51,648 bases of DNA from a virus (lineage: Duplodnaviria > Caudoviricetes): positions 1 to 51,648 of IMG/VR virus record IMGVR_UViG_3300030333_007728; one strand, written 5' to 3'. Numbering within the stretch: position 1 is the stretch's first letter; every line of letters begins with the position of its first letter. The position numbers were made by a program, and so were the translations under genes. This document shows, piece after piece, positions 10,944-20,219 of this stretch. The notes under the pieces were generated by a model. It saw only the letters and a program-made list of their open reading frames with translations, had not been told where the DNA came from and searched no databases.

Positions 10944-12334
10944 TGATAACTTTTAGCGGCAGCGACTACGTTAACTTAAAGAACGAAAAAGCTTTTACTT
11001 TTTCGATGGAGAACACTTCGTTTAGCAATATAACGGGAAGCGGGTGTTTTGGGTTTTCTGGCGCACTTAATAAGAGCTTTAATTTCAAGTTCATTAAGGG
11101 CTCTATAGTAGACGCAGAGAACAATCTGTTTTACAACTACGACAAGGATGAGGCTTTTGATTTTTCGGGGGTAGTAGATAATGCTAGATACGCTTACTAT
11201 ATAGACAGGGAGCTTTATAAAAAGGCGGGCACAAGAAGTAATTATAAAATACAGAATTTTTTCGTAGAGACTACCGGCGTGGACATGACGACAGACTTAA
11301 ATGTTTATGCAAGAGAGCCTAAGAAGATATCAGTGACTTTACCTAATAGAGTTGACTTGAGCGGGGTAGTGACTGGCACGATTTCTAACGCTAGTTCAAC
11401 CTACGCTTTAGATGTATTTACCGGATCGGTAGATAACAGTTCAGAGTTTACATTAAAGTCAATAGAAAAGACTGGGCACTTGACTGTAAACAACTCTATA
11501 AATTTTGTATTGGAAAGTAAAAGCGGCAATTTTGGGGAGACTTACGACTTGGCTCTTCTGTTTAACACTTCTGCTGGAGATTTAAATACGCCTAAGAGGA
11601 CAACTGCGGCGGCGTTAACACCTCTCGATGAAAGTACATTGGATGTGGTTACTGACGTGTTTAAGTCGGGGCAAGACGCTCCTTTATCTTATGATTCAGG
11701 AGTCTTCTTTTTCAACAACATAAAACAAACTTTAACTGGGTCAGGCGTTGCTGGCGACGACTATCATGTCTTTCTAAAATACAAAGATGGATATAGCGGA
11801 TTAACTACGGGATGGGGTGGATCATTCACCATAACTAGTCAAGGCTCGGGATATGGGCCTAATGAATTTGGCTTGAGCAGCTCTGCTGGCCTTGGGGCTA
11901 GCGGCTTTTTGTTGGCAAATCCTACAGGCACGATTACAGGGTCCGTAACTGGTTTGCAAGTTGATTTTACTGGTAGGAATTATAGCGGAGCAGCTAACCC
12001 AACTATAAACGTTTTACCTCTCTTAGGAATAACCGGAAATATTTTGTCGAGTGGCACTGGGTTGGCAGTTACTTTTAATAGAGTAAGTTATACAAAAAAA
12101 TTCTGGAGCGGGTGGCAGTTGGCTACTGGTACTGCTCCTACAGGAACGTTTACAGATATAACCAGCCAAAATCAGTCGTTGACTGCATTGAGCGGCATTC
12201 CTATAAATCAAGATTTCTTTATAAGAGTAAAGTCTAAAAACTATTATGATTCAATGATACAGAGAGCAGATTTAATTGTTAGCGGGGTTAGCAACGGAAA
12301 AGAGTTTATTAGGACACTAACTGGAGTTGCATAA
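10943..12334 (+). CDS. Tail-associated structural protein
   Basis: Gly/Thr/Ser-rich beta protein with an ITSQGSGY-type repeat common in phage baseplate and fibre proteins. Confidence 0.5.
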   Translation: MITFSGSDYVNLKNEKAFTFSMENTSFSNITGSGCFGFSGALNKSFNFKFIKGSIVDAENNLFYNYDKDEAFDFSGVVDNARYAYYIDRELYKKAGTRSNYKIQNFFVETTGVDMTTDLNVYAREPKKISVTLPNRVDLSGVVTGTISNASSTYALDVFTGSVDNSSEFTLKSIEKTGHLTVNNSINFVLESKSGNFGETYDLALLFNTSAGDLNTPKRTTAAALTPLDESTLDVVTDVFKSGQDAPLSYDSGVFFFNNIKQTLTGSGVAGDDYHVFLKYKDGYSGLTTGWGGSFTITSQGSGYGPNEFGLSSSAGLGASGFLLANPTGTITGSVTGLQVDFTGRNYSGAANPTINVLPLLGITGNILSSGTGLAVTFNRVSYTKKFWSGWQLATGTAPTGTFTDITSQNQSLTALSGIPINQDFFIRVKSKNYYDSMIQRADLIVSGVSNGKEFIRTLTGVA

Positions 12335-14004
12335 TGAGTATTCAAAAAACAAATAGCACACCGAATGTATACAAGCTGGAAAAGTTTGTAATTATAGATA
12401 CTAGAGACTCTTTTAATCTAACAAAACTTCACAGAACAAAACCAAACACTCTTATATGCCGGAAAGTTTATACGGCATATGATCGAAACGACCAAAAAAA
12501 TGAATTCATAGATACTGCGACTATTTATGAAGTTGCTGTGCCTTTAAGCGTTTGGCAGGTAGATGCATACACTAGCGCAGAGATTGAAAATGGTAGCAAC
12601 TCTTTAATATGCCCGCCTTACATAGCCTCAAATGCAAATAATTTAAAGCCTGACAAGACTCTTGCGGAGCACTTAGAAGCTAAAGCAGACCAACACGCTT
12701 TAGTGCATAGGGGCTCTATTATATACGCTCAAAAAAGAGATGGTGGTATTGATATTCTTGGCGGTAATCAATCAGGTCAGCCATTAGAGAGATGGATAGA
12801 TACAGTTGTTGATTATGTAGATATAAATGCAGATGGAAGGTCGATGAAAATATCTAGTCAGACCGACAAATCAAACAACATAGATCTAACAGATTCTAAC
12901 ATAGACAATCTATCAAACCTTTACAACGCAAATAGTGAGTCACTCGGAATAATACAAAATGGTCTAGTTAAAGCTTGTATTACAAATGAAGACGCAGGAA
13001 TTGATTATATTACTGAATTAGATCAAGTAGCAAAAGAGTGGCGGCACGCCGTAGGAGAGGGTTCTCCCGCTGATTATACGGCTCCCAAAGACAGCGCTAC
13101 TCAATATGCTTTAATATTCGACCATGACGCCGGAAGCAATGGCCACTATCCAGTGCTTAAATTTCAAGAAGTCACAGGGGGTGGAGGTGGTGGCGTCACT
13201 ACTTTCGCTGCTTTAACGGATACTGACCCACTTACGGACCAAGAGGGCAAATTACTTGAGGTAAATTCGTCAGCAAACAAAATAGTGTACTCAAACCTTA
13301 AAGCGTCTCATATAGATACCACAGATGTAGCTGCAACATCATATTTCCTAACTTCTAGCGGAGCCGCTGGGTCAAGCAATACTCTAGAGCTAAAAACAAT
13401 AAACGAAATATTTGATGACGGTTATGCTTCTGCCGCCGACGATATAGATTTTGGAGAAAATCATTATGTGTTAGTAGTTGATACCGATACTGCAGCTAAT
13501 ACAAAATTTAGAAGAATAAAATACATACATCAATTAGGGGGAGTTTCAATTGATAGTAGCGTGAAACATTCCCTTAATACGGCAGAAGGGGAAGATGGGC
13601 ATAAATCTTCTGTTAAAACTGTTGCGGTTGTTAGCAAAGATGGGTCTGCTGCAAAATATAAAGTTCGGTTTGACGAGATGGGAGACCTAATAAGTGACAC
13701 TTCCGGTGATCAATTAGGAACCGGCAGCAATGTTATTGGTGATTATTATGTAGTAAGAAATGGAACTGACGGATTGCAAGGCGTTAAGCTAGGCGCTGAT
13801 CTTTTTAGCGGGGGAGGAGGAGACGGTTCTGTAAGGTATGTTGATGGGGCAGATAACACCCCCGGAGCTTTACAACTTAAACGAGGGGATACATATGGCG
13901 GAGTAAATTACCTTGCATACGAACCTAAATTGTTTGGTATTTGTAAGGAGAATGGCGACTACGAATATAGATATTTTCTGACGTCGGTACCTGTTACCAC
14001 ATGA
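12334..14004 (+). CDS. Putative tail fibre / virion protein
   Basis: GGGGGVTTFAALTDT...GKLLEVNSSANKIVY motif typical of phage fibre repeats; acidic composition. Confidence 0.5.
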   Translation: MSIQKTNSTPNVYKLEKFVIIDTRDSFNLTKLHRTKPNTLICRKVYTAYDRNDQKNEFIDTATIYEVAVPLSVWQVDAYTSAEIENGSNSLICPPYIASNANNLKPDKTLAEHLEAKADQHALVHRGSIIYAQKRDGGIDILGGNQSGQPLERWIDTVVDYVDINADGRSMKISSQTDKSNNIDLTDSNIDNLSNLYNANSESLGIIQNGLVKACITNEDAGIDYITELDQVAKEWRHAVGEGSPADYTAPKDSATQYALIFDHDAGSNGHYPVLKFQEVTGGGGGGVTTFAALTDTDPLTDQEGKLLEVNSSANKIVYSNLKASHIDTTDVAATSYFLTSSGAAGSSNTLELKTINEIFDDGYASAADDIDFGENHYVLVVDTDTAANTKFRRIKYIHQLGGVSIDSSVKHSLNTAEGEDGHKSSVKTVAVVSKDGSAAKYKVRFDEMGDLISDTSGDQLGTGSNVIGDYYVVRNGTDGLQGVKLGADLFSGGGGDGSVRYVDGADNTPGALQLKRGDTYGGVNYLAYEPKLFGICKENGDYEYRYFLTSVPVTT

Positions 14005-14013
14005 TAACAACCT

Positions 14014-14022
14014 GTGTAATTA
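14014..14022 (+). promoter_or_regulatory. GTGTAA-type putative phage (late) promoter element
   Basis: GTGTAATTA lies 10 nt upstream of the phoH ATG. The same motif precedes several other genes. Confidence 0.55.
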
Positions 14023-14032
14023 AGGATTAAGT

Positions 14033-14797
14033 ATGGCTAGACATAAAGCTTCCTACGATTCGGTTCTAATCGAAGATTTAGACTTCGATGCGAGCGCAAA
14101 AATAGTAACAAAAACAAAAACTCGAAGAAAATTCAAGAGTTTCGACATAAAGCAGCTCAAATGGACTAAAAAACAGCAACAATTAATCGATTTAGCTACA
14201 AATAAAACCTCAAAAATACTTTTTATCAAAGGTCCGGCTGGTAGTTCTAAGACTATTGTTTCTGTTTACTCTGCGTTAAAGATGGTCAATGACTGCAACG
14301 TTAACGATATAGTTTATGTTAGGTCTGCGGTAGAAAGTTCAGACGCTAAAATAGGGCATCTTCCCGGAGATGCTGAGCAAAAGCTGCATTTTTACAATTT
14401 ACCTTTCCATGACAAGCTTTCAGAGCTTTTAGATTCAACAAATATGCAGACTTTACAGAAAAATGACATTATTAGCGCGTATCCTATCAATTTTTGCAGA
14501 GGCATGAGCTGGCAAAACAAGTGCATCATTATGGATGAGGCGCAAAACAGCACATTCAAAGAAATAGTAACGCTCATTACGAGGCTTGGAGAGGGCTGTA
14601 AGTGCTTTATATTAGCTGATCCGGGACAAACTGACCTAACTAATGGTAAAGTGGGAGGATTCGAAAAATTGTATAAATTATTTAATACTGAAGATAGTAT
14701 TATGCAAGGAATTCACTCATTTGAGTTTACAGATAATGACATTAAAAGGTCTGAACTTGTTAAATTCATAGTGAAGAAGTTGAAGACTGTTAAGTAA
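14033..14797 (+). CDS. phoH: PhoH-family ATPase
   Basis: Walker A-like GPAGSSKT, plus VRSAVE, IGHLPG, RGMSW, IMDEAQN, TRLGE, DPGQTD and DIKRS motifs. Confidence 0.93.
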   Translation: MARHKASYDSVLIEDLDFDASAKIVTKTKTRRKFKSFDIKQLKWTKKQQQLIDLATNKTSKILFIKGPAGSSKTIVSVYSALKMVNDCNVNDIVYVRSAVESSDAKIGHLPGDAEQKLHFYNLPFHDKLSELLDSTNMQTLQKNDIISAYPINFCRGMSWQNKCIIMDEAQNSTFKEIVTLITRLGEGCKCFILADPGQTDLTNGKVGGFEKLYKLFNTEDSIMQGIHSFEFTDNDIKRSELVKFIVKKLKTVK

Positions 14798-17559
14798 TGC
14801 CTGACTATAATAATAACAACAGTACAGATGATTTAATTGCACCAGTAAAAAAAGGGTCGCTGGGGGTTACTCCCTCAGCGACTGATACAAGTGAAGGCAC
14901 GTCAACTTGCGGCGAACCAGTCGAAGATGGGCTTTTTACTTATTTCAGAGACAGGCTATTAGATAAGCAAACAGCAACAAGAAACACTGATGAAAGCGTA
15001 GACTACGTCGCACTGAGCTCTGATAATTCAGATCAAAAAGCAAAAACGACAGGGTCCAAAGCTATTTATGTAGAGAGTAATGCTCCTAGGTCAGCGACCC
15101 CAGTAGCTTCTGACGTAAATATGTTGCCTCATCAGACGGTTCCGGCTGAGAATGAAAGCGTTGGTGAGTATTCTTATTTAGAGCCTGCTATAAACTATGA
15201 TGATGAAGGAAATGAAAATTGCTATAGGTCGACAAACATTTTATATAACCAACAACAAGCGCCATTTTTAGATGGAACAGAATTCACCTCTTACACTTCA
15301 AGAAAATTCACAAGAGCCAAAGGGACTTTTGACGCAGAGGTGGAATTTAATTGCAATAGCTATGAGGGCTCTTTTATTGCGGGTAATGAAGTCTTAAGAA
15401 ATGACGGCTTTTGTTTTATAGCTAAAATACAAAATGCAGCAGAGTACGGAACGCTACTTTTAGACTTCGAGCAAAATCATCCTCAGAATAATAGAATAAC
15501 TCCTTACGTACTGAATAACCATATAGATGACCCAGCTAATTTCCTAGGAACGCCAACCAAGCCTCCTCATTATAAAACATTTGCAGCTGTGTCCACAAGT
15601 CAGCTTAATTTTTTTAGAGATCCCTCCTTATTGTCAGTTAGGTCCTTGTACAATAAACAAATGGAATACTATGAGGGAATATCTTCAGAAGATGGCCCTT
15701 TAAATAGTCGATTAAAAAGTTATCCTTACGGGTCTGCTAATATAGATGCTTTAGCTTTAGCTTCTTCAGAAGGCAATAATGCATCTTTATTGCCTTTTAC
15801 AGAGTATTTGTATTCTATGACGAGGCCAAGTGCTTCCCCGTTTTTAAATGTTATACATAATGATTATTCTGAGCCACTAGATGCAGATGGGGAAGATAAT
15901 TTAGGAAATCCTTGGGCAGGGGGATTACGTAATATTGACGAACCTTTTACTGGATCCGTGTCAAAGCACGTCCATACAGCCATATACGCTGACCCTCTAG
16001 TAAGAGAAGTAATAGTAAACTTAGGAATACATAAAGATTTTAATCAGGGTAGCGCGACAGGAGGAAATGTCATTTGGAATAAAGACCCAAGCGGTAATAG
16101 AATAAATACCGCAAATAACGTTCCTACTGTATCTAACATTTTAAGGGTAGATAATTCTTGGCGGCCATATGAAATTATAGTCTATAGGGGCACTTTGAAC
16201 TATGACGCTTCGACAGGCAAGGAAAGCTATGATGATGGCTATCAGGAGTATTTCAGGTTTAGGACTTTTGATAATTATTATAAAAACGGAGTGTTCAATC
16301 CACAAGATGGAGAAGCTAATGGACCTAACTCTGGAGGAGATCATTATTCTCATACTGAAACAAATTCCGATGGCGTCAGCACATTTAAGTATCCAGTTGT
16401 TGGAGTAAATAATGAGAATGGGAAGTTTGTCATAAACTTTTCTGAGAACTTCGCCTCTGAAAATTCAAACGGTAAGTCAGTCTTTGATGAAAAAAACGAG
16501 CTCAAAGTAGCAGTAATACAAGATACTATAAAAACCCAAAAAGAGAAAACTAACTTCTCTAGTGGAATTTTTAACTCTAAAGCAAGTAACTATACTTTTA
16601 AGCCTATACATGAAGACACAATACAGTTATTAAACCTAGACGATACGTTACTTTTTTCTGGCGGCTCTTTTTATGGTGGATCAGCACAGGGTGGTCTTGT
16701 TAACGGCGGCCTATATTTAACAAACCACACCGGCGGACCAAATTACGCTGACCCCAACCCTTGGAATGAGATAATTGTAGACAACTTTGAAGATCGTGCC
16801 TTTGATAATCTTACCTTCAGGAATAATTTATTCGGTGGGAACAATGGCTTTGGGTACACTGAGTTTTTAGACAGGAATAACAATAGATATAGAACTCCAA
16901 CACAATTCGCTGGAAGTATCAGACAAGATATTCCATTATTAAATTCAGAAAATTACCATACAGGAGGTACAGATTGGGGCTCTAATGGAAATTCTGTACT
17001 GCCAACCCACCCGATACATAGGCCTAACTTTGGGCAATTTAATTTTGCAAATGATACTGTTTTTGAAGACCCTTGGGCTTTAGCTGGGTTTATAAATGTT
17101 TTTAGAGAAGTTTCTTGGTTTGGTAGGGATTTGCTTAGGACTGAATCGTCAGCAGATTTTGACGCATACATAAACAGCAATTATGGTACTTTCTCAAAAA
17201 CATACTCCGTAAGAGAAGGAACAAGTGTGGCAAATCAAAGTTTTAAGATGCCACAGCCTTGGAAGATGAAAGTCAGTTTGATTCAAGCTGAAAATATAAC
17301 AGGTATAGAGCATGATACTAGCAGATGCCAAAGCAACAGGGCTATTTTTCAAGCTAATGGTGGGGCTACTCAATTAGATAGTGTTGAAAAATATATTTGC
17401 GGACAATGCCAACAAAATGACGGAGCCGCAGTTCCAGATACAGCCTATCAAAATGGCAAAAATCACGAAAAAGTTACTGAAGGTTATCCAGAAACAGATA
17501 AACTGAAAGATCATAGATCTTACCAAAGAGTACATGACGGAGGAAATTTAAGTGCCTAA
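14797..17559 (+). CDS. Large hypothetical protein (Asn/Gly/Asp-rich, probably virion-associated)
   Basis: 920-aa ORF, TAATG-coupled to phoH. No recognised motif apart from CGQC near the C-terminus. Confidence 0.5.
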   Translation: MPDYNNNNSTDDLIAPVKKGSLGVTPSATDTSEGTSTCGEPVEDGLFTYFRDRLLDKQTATRNTDESVDYVALSSDNSDQKAKTTGSKAIYVESNAPRSATPVASDVNMLPHQTVPAENESVGEYSYLEPAINYDDEGNENCYRSTNILYNQQQAPFLDGTEFTSYTSRKFTRAKGTFDAEVEFNCNSYEGSFIAGNEVLRNDGFCFIAKIQNAAEYGTLLLDFEQNHPQNNRITPYVLNNHIDDPANFLGTPTKPPHYKTFAAVSTSQLNFFRDPSLLSVRSLYNKQMEYYEGISSEDGPLNSRLKSYPYGSANIDALALASSEGNNASLLPFTEYLYSMTRPSASPFLNVIHNDYSEPLDADGEDNLGNPWAGGLRNIDEPFTGSVSKHVHTAIYADPLVREVIVNLGIHKDFNQGSATGGNVIWNKDPSGNRINTANNVPTVSNILRVDNSWRPYEIIVYRGTLNYDASTGKESYDDGYQEYFRFRTFDNYYKNGVFNPQDGEANGPNSGGDHYSHTETNSDGVSTFKYPVVGVNNENGKFVINFSENFASENSNGKSVFDEKNELKVAVIQDTIKTQKEKTNFSSGIFNSKASNYTFKPIHEDTIQLLNLDDTLLFSGGSFYGGSAQGGLVNGGLYLTNHTGGPNYADPNPWNEIIVDNFEDRAFDNLTFRNNLFGGNNGFGYTEFLDRNNNRYRTPTQFAGSIRQDIPLLNSENYHTGGTDWGSNGNSVLPTHPIHRPNFGQFNFANDTVFEDPWALAGFINVFREVSWFGRDLLRTESSADFDAYINSNYGTFSKTYSVREGTSVANQSFKMPQPWKMKVSLIQAENITGIEHDTSRCQSNRAIFQANGGATQLDSVEKYICGQCQQNDGAAVPDTAYQNGKNHEKVTEGYPETDKLKDHRSYQRVHDGGNLSA

Positions 17560-19207
17560 AGATACTTTTAAGACAACCTACGAAGCGACAAAAGATTCTT
17601 CAGTAGCAGGCGTAGATGTAGCAGGATTCTTTTCTACTTGCGACTATTGCCAGCCTTGCCAAGACTCAGAAGGCAAAATGGTAGGTACTGGACAAGACGA
17701 GGCTAATGTATTTATAAATGGAGAAACAGAAATTAGGTTTTTCCCACACATAAACGACAAGAAAGACACTAACATTTTATCGCCGACTTTTCGTCAAATA
17801 ATAAGAAGGCCTACGGAATTTATAAACTCAGACGGCACGACTTCTCCTGTCGTAACTAGGGATAATGACGGTAACATTAATAATACTTTCTCAAGTCCAA
17901 CATGGGAAGATGGTGGTGGATTTTACTATAAAAGAAGAACAGGATATTTTAGGATAGGGCATCATAACCCAGAACATGCGAACGGAAAGCAGAAAATATG
18001 CAATTATCTAATGGAAGTGGATTGGACCGCTTCTTTGGACAATCAAATACTTAATTGGTTCAAGGGAGGGCCAGACAGAATGGCTTTTTTGGTTTTATCT
18101 AGACACACAGACAGACAAGCTAATTATACAAAAAATTTCCCCGCGGAAACTATAAACCCAGATGGGACGATTTCTAATGTACAACAATACTTTCATTTTT
18201 TGAGTCACTCAGGGTCTGTTGGCGGGTCTGGATTAACTGGCGCTGGAATAAGCGACACAAGTCATAGTGGTAAATTTTACTTTTACGCTAAGCCTTTTGA
18301 TGTGTTTTGGATTGAGTTTTATGAATATGCTAAAAGGGGATTAAATTCTGGAACGACAAGAGACACTAGGGAAAAACAACAGAAAAACGCTGATGGGACA
18401 ATAAACTCATGTCAAAGAGTCGAGTACGCTTCAGACCCAGTAGACTTAAGTACAAATACAGTTAATCACCCAAATCCCGCAAAGTCGTCAGGCAACGGGT
18501 TTGGTCCCGGAGATAGTACTCCTGTAGTGAATTTCTCTTATGAAGGGTTAGACTCTGATAAATTTTATGTTTTTTCCAAAGGCAGTACGCAAGCTAGAAT
18601 AGTAAAAAGACTTGGTGACAATCCCTTGAGTGAATTGAGGGCTATGGGTACTAAAGCAAGATTCAACAGAAGATCTTTCCAAGATGGAGACATAGAAGAC
18701 TTTGAAAATAGTTCGTTAAAGTTTAATAGATTTCCCCAAAACAATGACGGAACAGACTCTTTTCTTAAAAGATATGACATGCCTCCGACGCTAGGCCATT
18801 ATTCTTTTTATGACCTTAATTTAGGGCTAGCCGACCCATTAAATCACGATTGGGTACAAGGCAATTATTTAGACCCTGACTTAACTAACAGGGACAACCA
18901 TAATAACGTCAAAGTAAAAATAAAAAGACATTTAGCTGTCCATCCTTCTTTTGTTGTTTTAGATGGTTATGACGTAGGTGACAAAAACCTAGCGTTTGCG
19001 CCGTATATGGAGACTTCTAGTATTTTAGGTTATGTAGATTCTGTTGAAGACTTAAAAACTAACAGTAAGGTTGGGGGCAAAAGCAGTCCGTATGGGCCTA
19101 ATTCCCCAAGGACGAAAGGTAGATTTGACAAAAAATTTGTTAACATACCTGACATTTTTCCTGTCCCCGGATTTAGGTTTGAAGAACCTCACGAATTAGA
19201 GAATTAA
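17552..19207 (+). CDS. Hypothetical protein (probably virion-associated)
   Basis: 551-aa ORF with a GTG start overlapping the upstream stop. N-terminal CDYCQPC motif. Confidence 0.5.
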   Translation: MPKDTFKTTYEATKDSSVAGVDVAGFFSTCDYCQPCQDSEGKMVGTGQDEANVFINGETEIRFFPHINDKKDTNILSPTFRQIIRRPTEFINSDGTTSPVVTRDNDGNINNTFSSPTWEDGGGFYYKRRTGYFRIGHHNPEHANGKQKICNYLMEVDWTASLDNQILNWFKGGPDRMAFLVLSRHTDRQANYTKNFPAETINPDGTISNVQQYFHFLSHSGSVGGSGLTGAGISDTSHSGKFYFYAKPFDVFWIEFYEYAKRGLNSGTTRDTREKQQKNADGTINSCQRVEYASDPVDLSTNTVNHPNPAKSSGNGFGPGDSTPVVNFSYEGLDSDKFYVFSKGSTQARIVKRLGDNPLSELRAMGTKARFNRRSFQDGDIEDFENSSLKFNRFPQNNDGTDSFLKRYDMPPTLGHYSFYDLNLGLADPLNHDWVQGNYLDPDLTNRDNHNNVKVKIKRHLAVHPSFVVLDGYDVGDKNLAFAPYMETSSILGYVDSVEDLKTNSKVGGKSSPYGPNSPRTKGRFDKKFVNIPDIFPVPGFRFEEPHELEN

Positions 19208-19431
19208 TAAGGCCAAAGAACAACACAAGTTCTATGATCGTTTTCTTCTAAGTCTATGTCGTCTTCATAGATTTGGATAGGTTCAGTAATAGAACACTCT
19301 AACTCAACGCCAACATCCTCAACCATATTGTACTTATGAGAAGCTTGATACCCATCATCCCTATAAGCCATTATGACTTCAGACTTGCCGTTCTCGTTCT
19401 CTAGCAGTGAGATAAGCTCCTCCACGTTCAT
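19204..19431 (-). CDS. Small acidic hypothetical phage protein
   Basis: 75 aa beginning MNVEELISLLE, an N-terminus common in small phage proteins. Preceded by an ATGTAAATA motif variant at 19442-19450. Confidence 0.6.
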   Translation of the reverse strand: MNVEELISLLENENGKSEVIMAYRDDGYQASHKYNMVEDVGVELECSITEPIQIYEDDIDLEENDHRTCVVLWPY

Positions 19432-19454
19432 AGCTCAGATATATTTACATACAC

Positions 19455-19483
19455 AAAAAAAGCCCCAGTAAGAAACTGGGGCT
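19455..19483 (-). terminator. Rho-independent terminator
   Basis: 9-bp stem AGCCCCAGT/ACTGGGGCT with a 5-nt loop, followed by a T-run on the minus strand, 20 nt after the stop codon of 19504..20019. Confidence 0.85.
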
Positions 19484-19503
19484 AAAAGATATATGACTTT
19501 TAG

Positions 19504-20019
19504 TTATTCTCCGGGCTTGTTGCCGTCAATAACTTTGTCACGCTTGTTAGCGAATTCTTTTCTAATCTCAGCAATACGCTTCTTAACTTCATCACGATGC
19601 TTCTTCGTTAGCTCATGCATTTCTTTATGAGCTTCTTTCATTTTATCGCGTAAAGCGGCGCGCTCTTCATCTGTGGCGTCTTTGAATTTAGATTTATCAA
19701 AGTTGCCTTTCATTTTCTTAGCGGCCTCAGAGAAGTCTTTTCTTAGTTGCTTTATCTTGTCGTCATTACGGACTAATTTACCGAAAGCTCTTCCTTTTTC
19801 GCGAATTTTATGTCCTTCTTTTTTAGCGTCGCCTCTGCGTTTTTTACGCTTATCAAAAGCTGCTTTAAGCCGCTCTTTAATTTTATCCCGATCAATTTTT
19901 TTCTCAGGACGAGGCTTGTCGGGCTTCTCTTTGTCTTTTTTTGGTTTAGCCTCTGTGGTTGTTAACGCTGATGCAATAATAGCTACCAGCCCGTACTTAA
20001 TAATGTTTTTATAAAACAT
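19504..20019 (-). CDS. Secreted/periplasmic Lys/Arg/Glu-rich helical protein
   Basis: Start re-called at ATG 20019 because the ORF-track extension runs through a terminator. Signal peptide MFYKNIIKYGLVAIIASALTTTEA is followed by a highly charged helical body. Confidence 0.7.
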   Translation of the reverse strand: MFYKNIIKYGLVAIIASALTTTEAKPKKDKEKPDKPRPEKKIDRDKIKERLKAAFDKRKKRRGDAKKEGHKIREKGRAFGKLVRNDDKIKQLRKDFSEAAKKMKGNFDKSKFKDATDEERAALRDKMKEAHKEMHELTKKHRDEVKKRIAEIRKEFANKRDKVIDGNKPGE

Positions 20020-20024
20020 AGTAG

Positions 20025-20033
20025 TATTTACAC
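20025..20033 (-). promoter_or_regulatory. GTGTAAATA putative phage promoter element
   Basis: GTGTAAATA lies 5 nt upstream of ATG 20019 and directly downstream of the nrdB terminator. Confidence 0.6.
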
Positions 20034-20048
20034 TGCAGGAAGCGTGCC

Positions 20049-20079
20049 AAAAAAGAAACCCCCCAAAAAGGGGGGTTTC
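20049..20079 (-). terminator. Rho-independent terminator of the nrdA-nrdB unit
   Basis: 10-bp stem GAAACCCCCC/GGGGGGTTTC with a 5-nt loop and a T6 tail on the minus strand. Confidence 0.9.
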
Positions 20080-20141
20080 CGTCACTTGTCTACTAACTAT
20101 GCTCGCACTTGGGGGATTATTACCCAACTAACTGGGAAATA

Positions 20142-20219
20142 TTACCAAAACCATACAGTATAATCTTCTCCTTCGAAATCTTCCGGCAATATGTCGTAGT
20201 TTTTTCTTTTAGAAGTCAT
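20142..20219 (-). CDS. Candidate 25-aa small protein MTSKRKNYDILPEDFEGEDYTVWFW
   Basis: Hand-translated. Its ATG overlaps the last codons of nrdB and it ends upstream of the terminator. Below the ORF-track length cutoff. Confidence 0.35.
   Translation of the reverse strand: MTSKRKNYDILPEDFEGEDYTVWFW

Noticed and set aside
20020-20127. N-terminal extensions in the ORF track (also 24018-24086, 29453-29491, 29631-29756, 40260-40295, 47705-47728)
   Set aside because: These extensions run through terminators, promoter boxes or neighbouring genes; downstream starts fit better.
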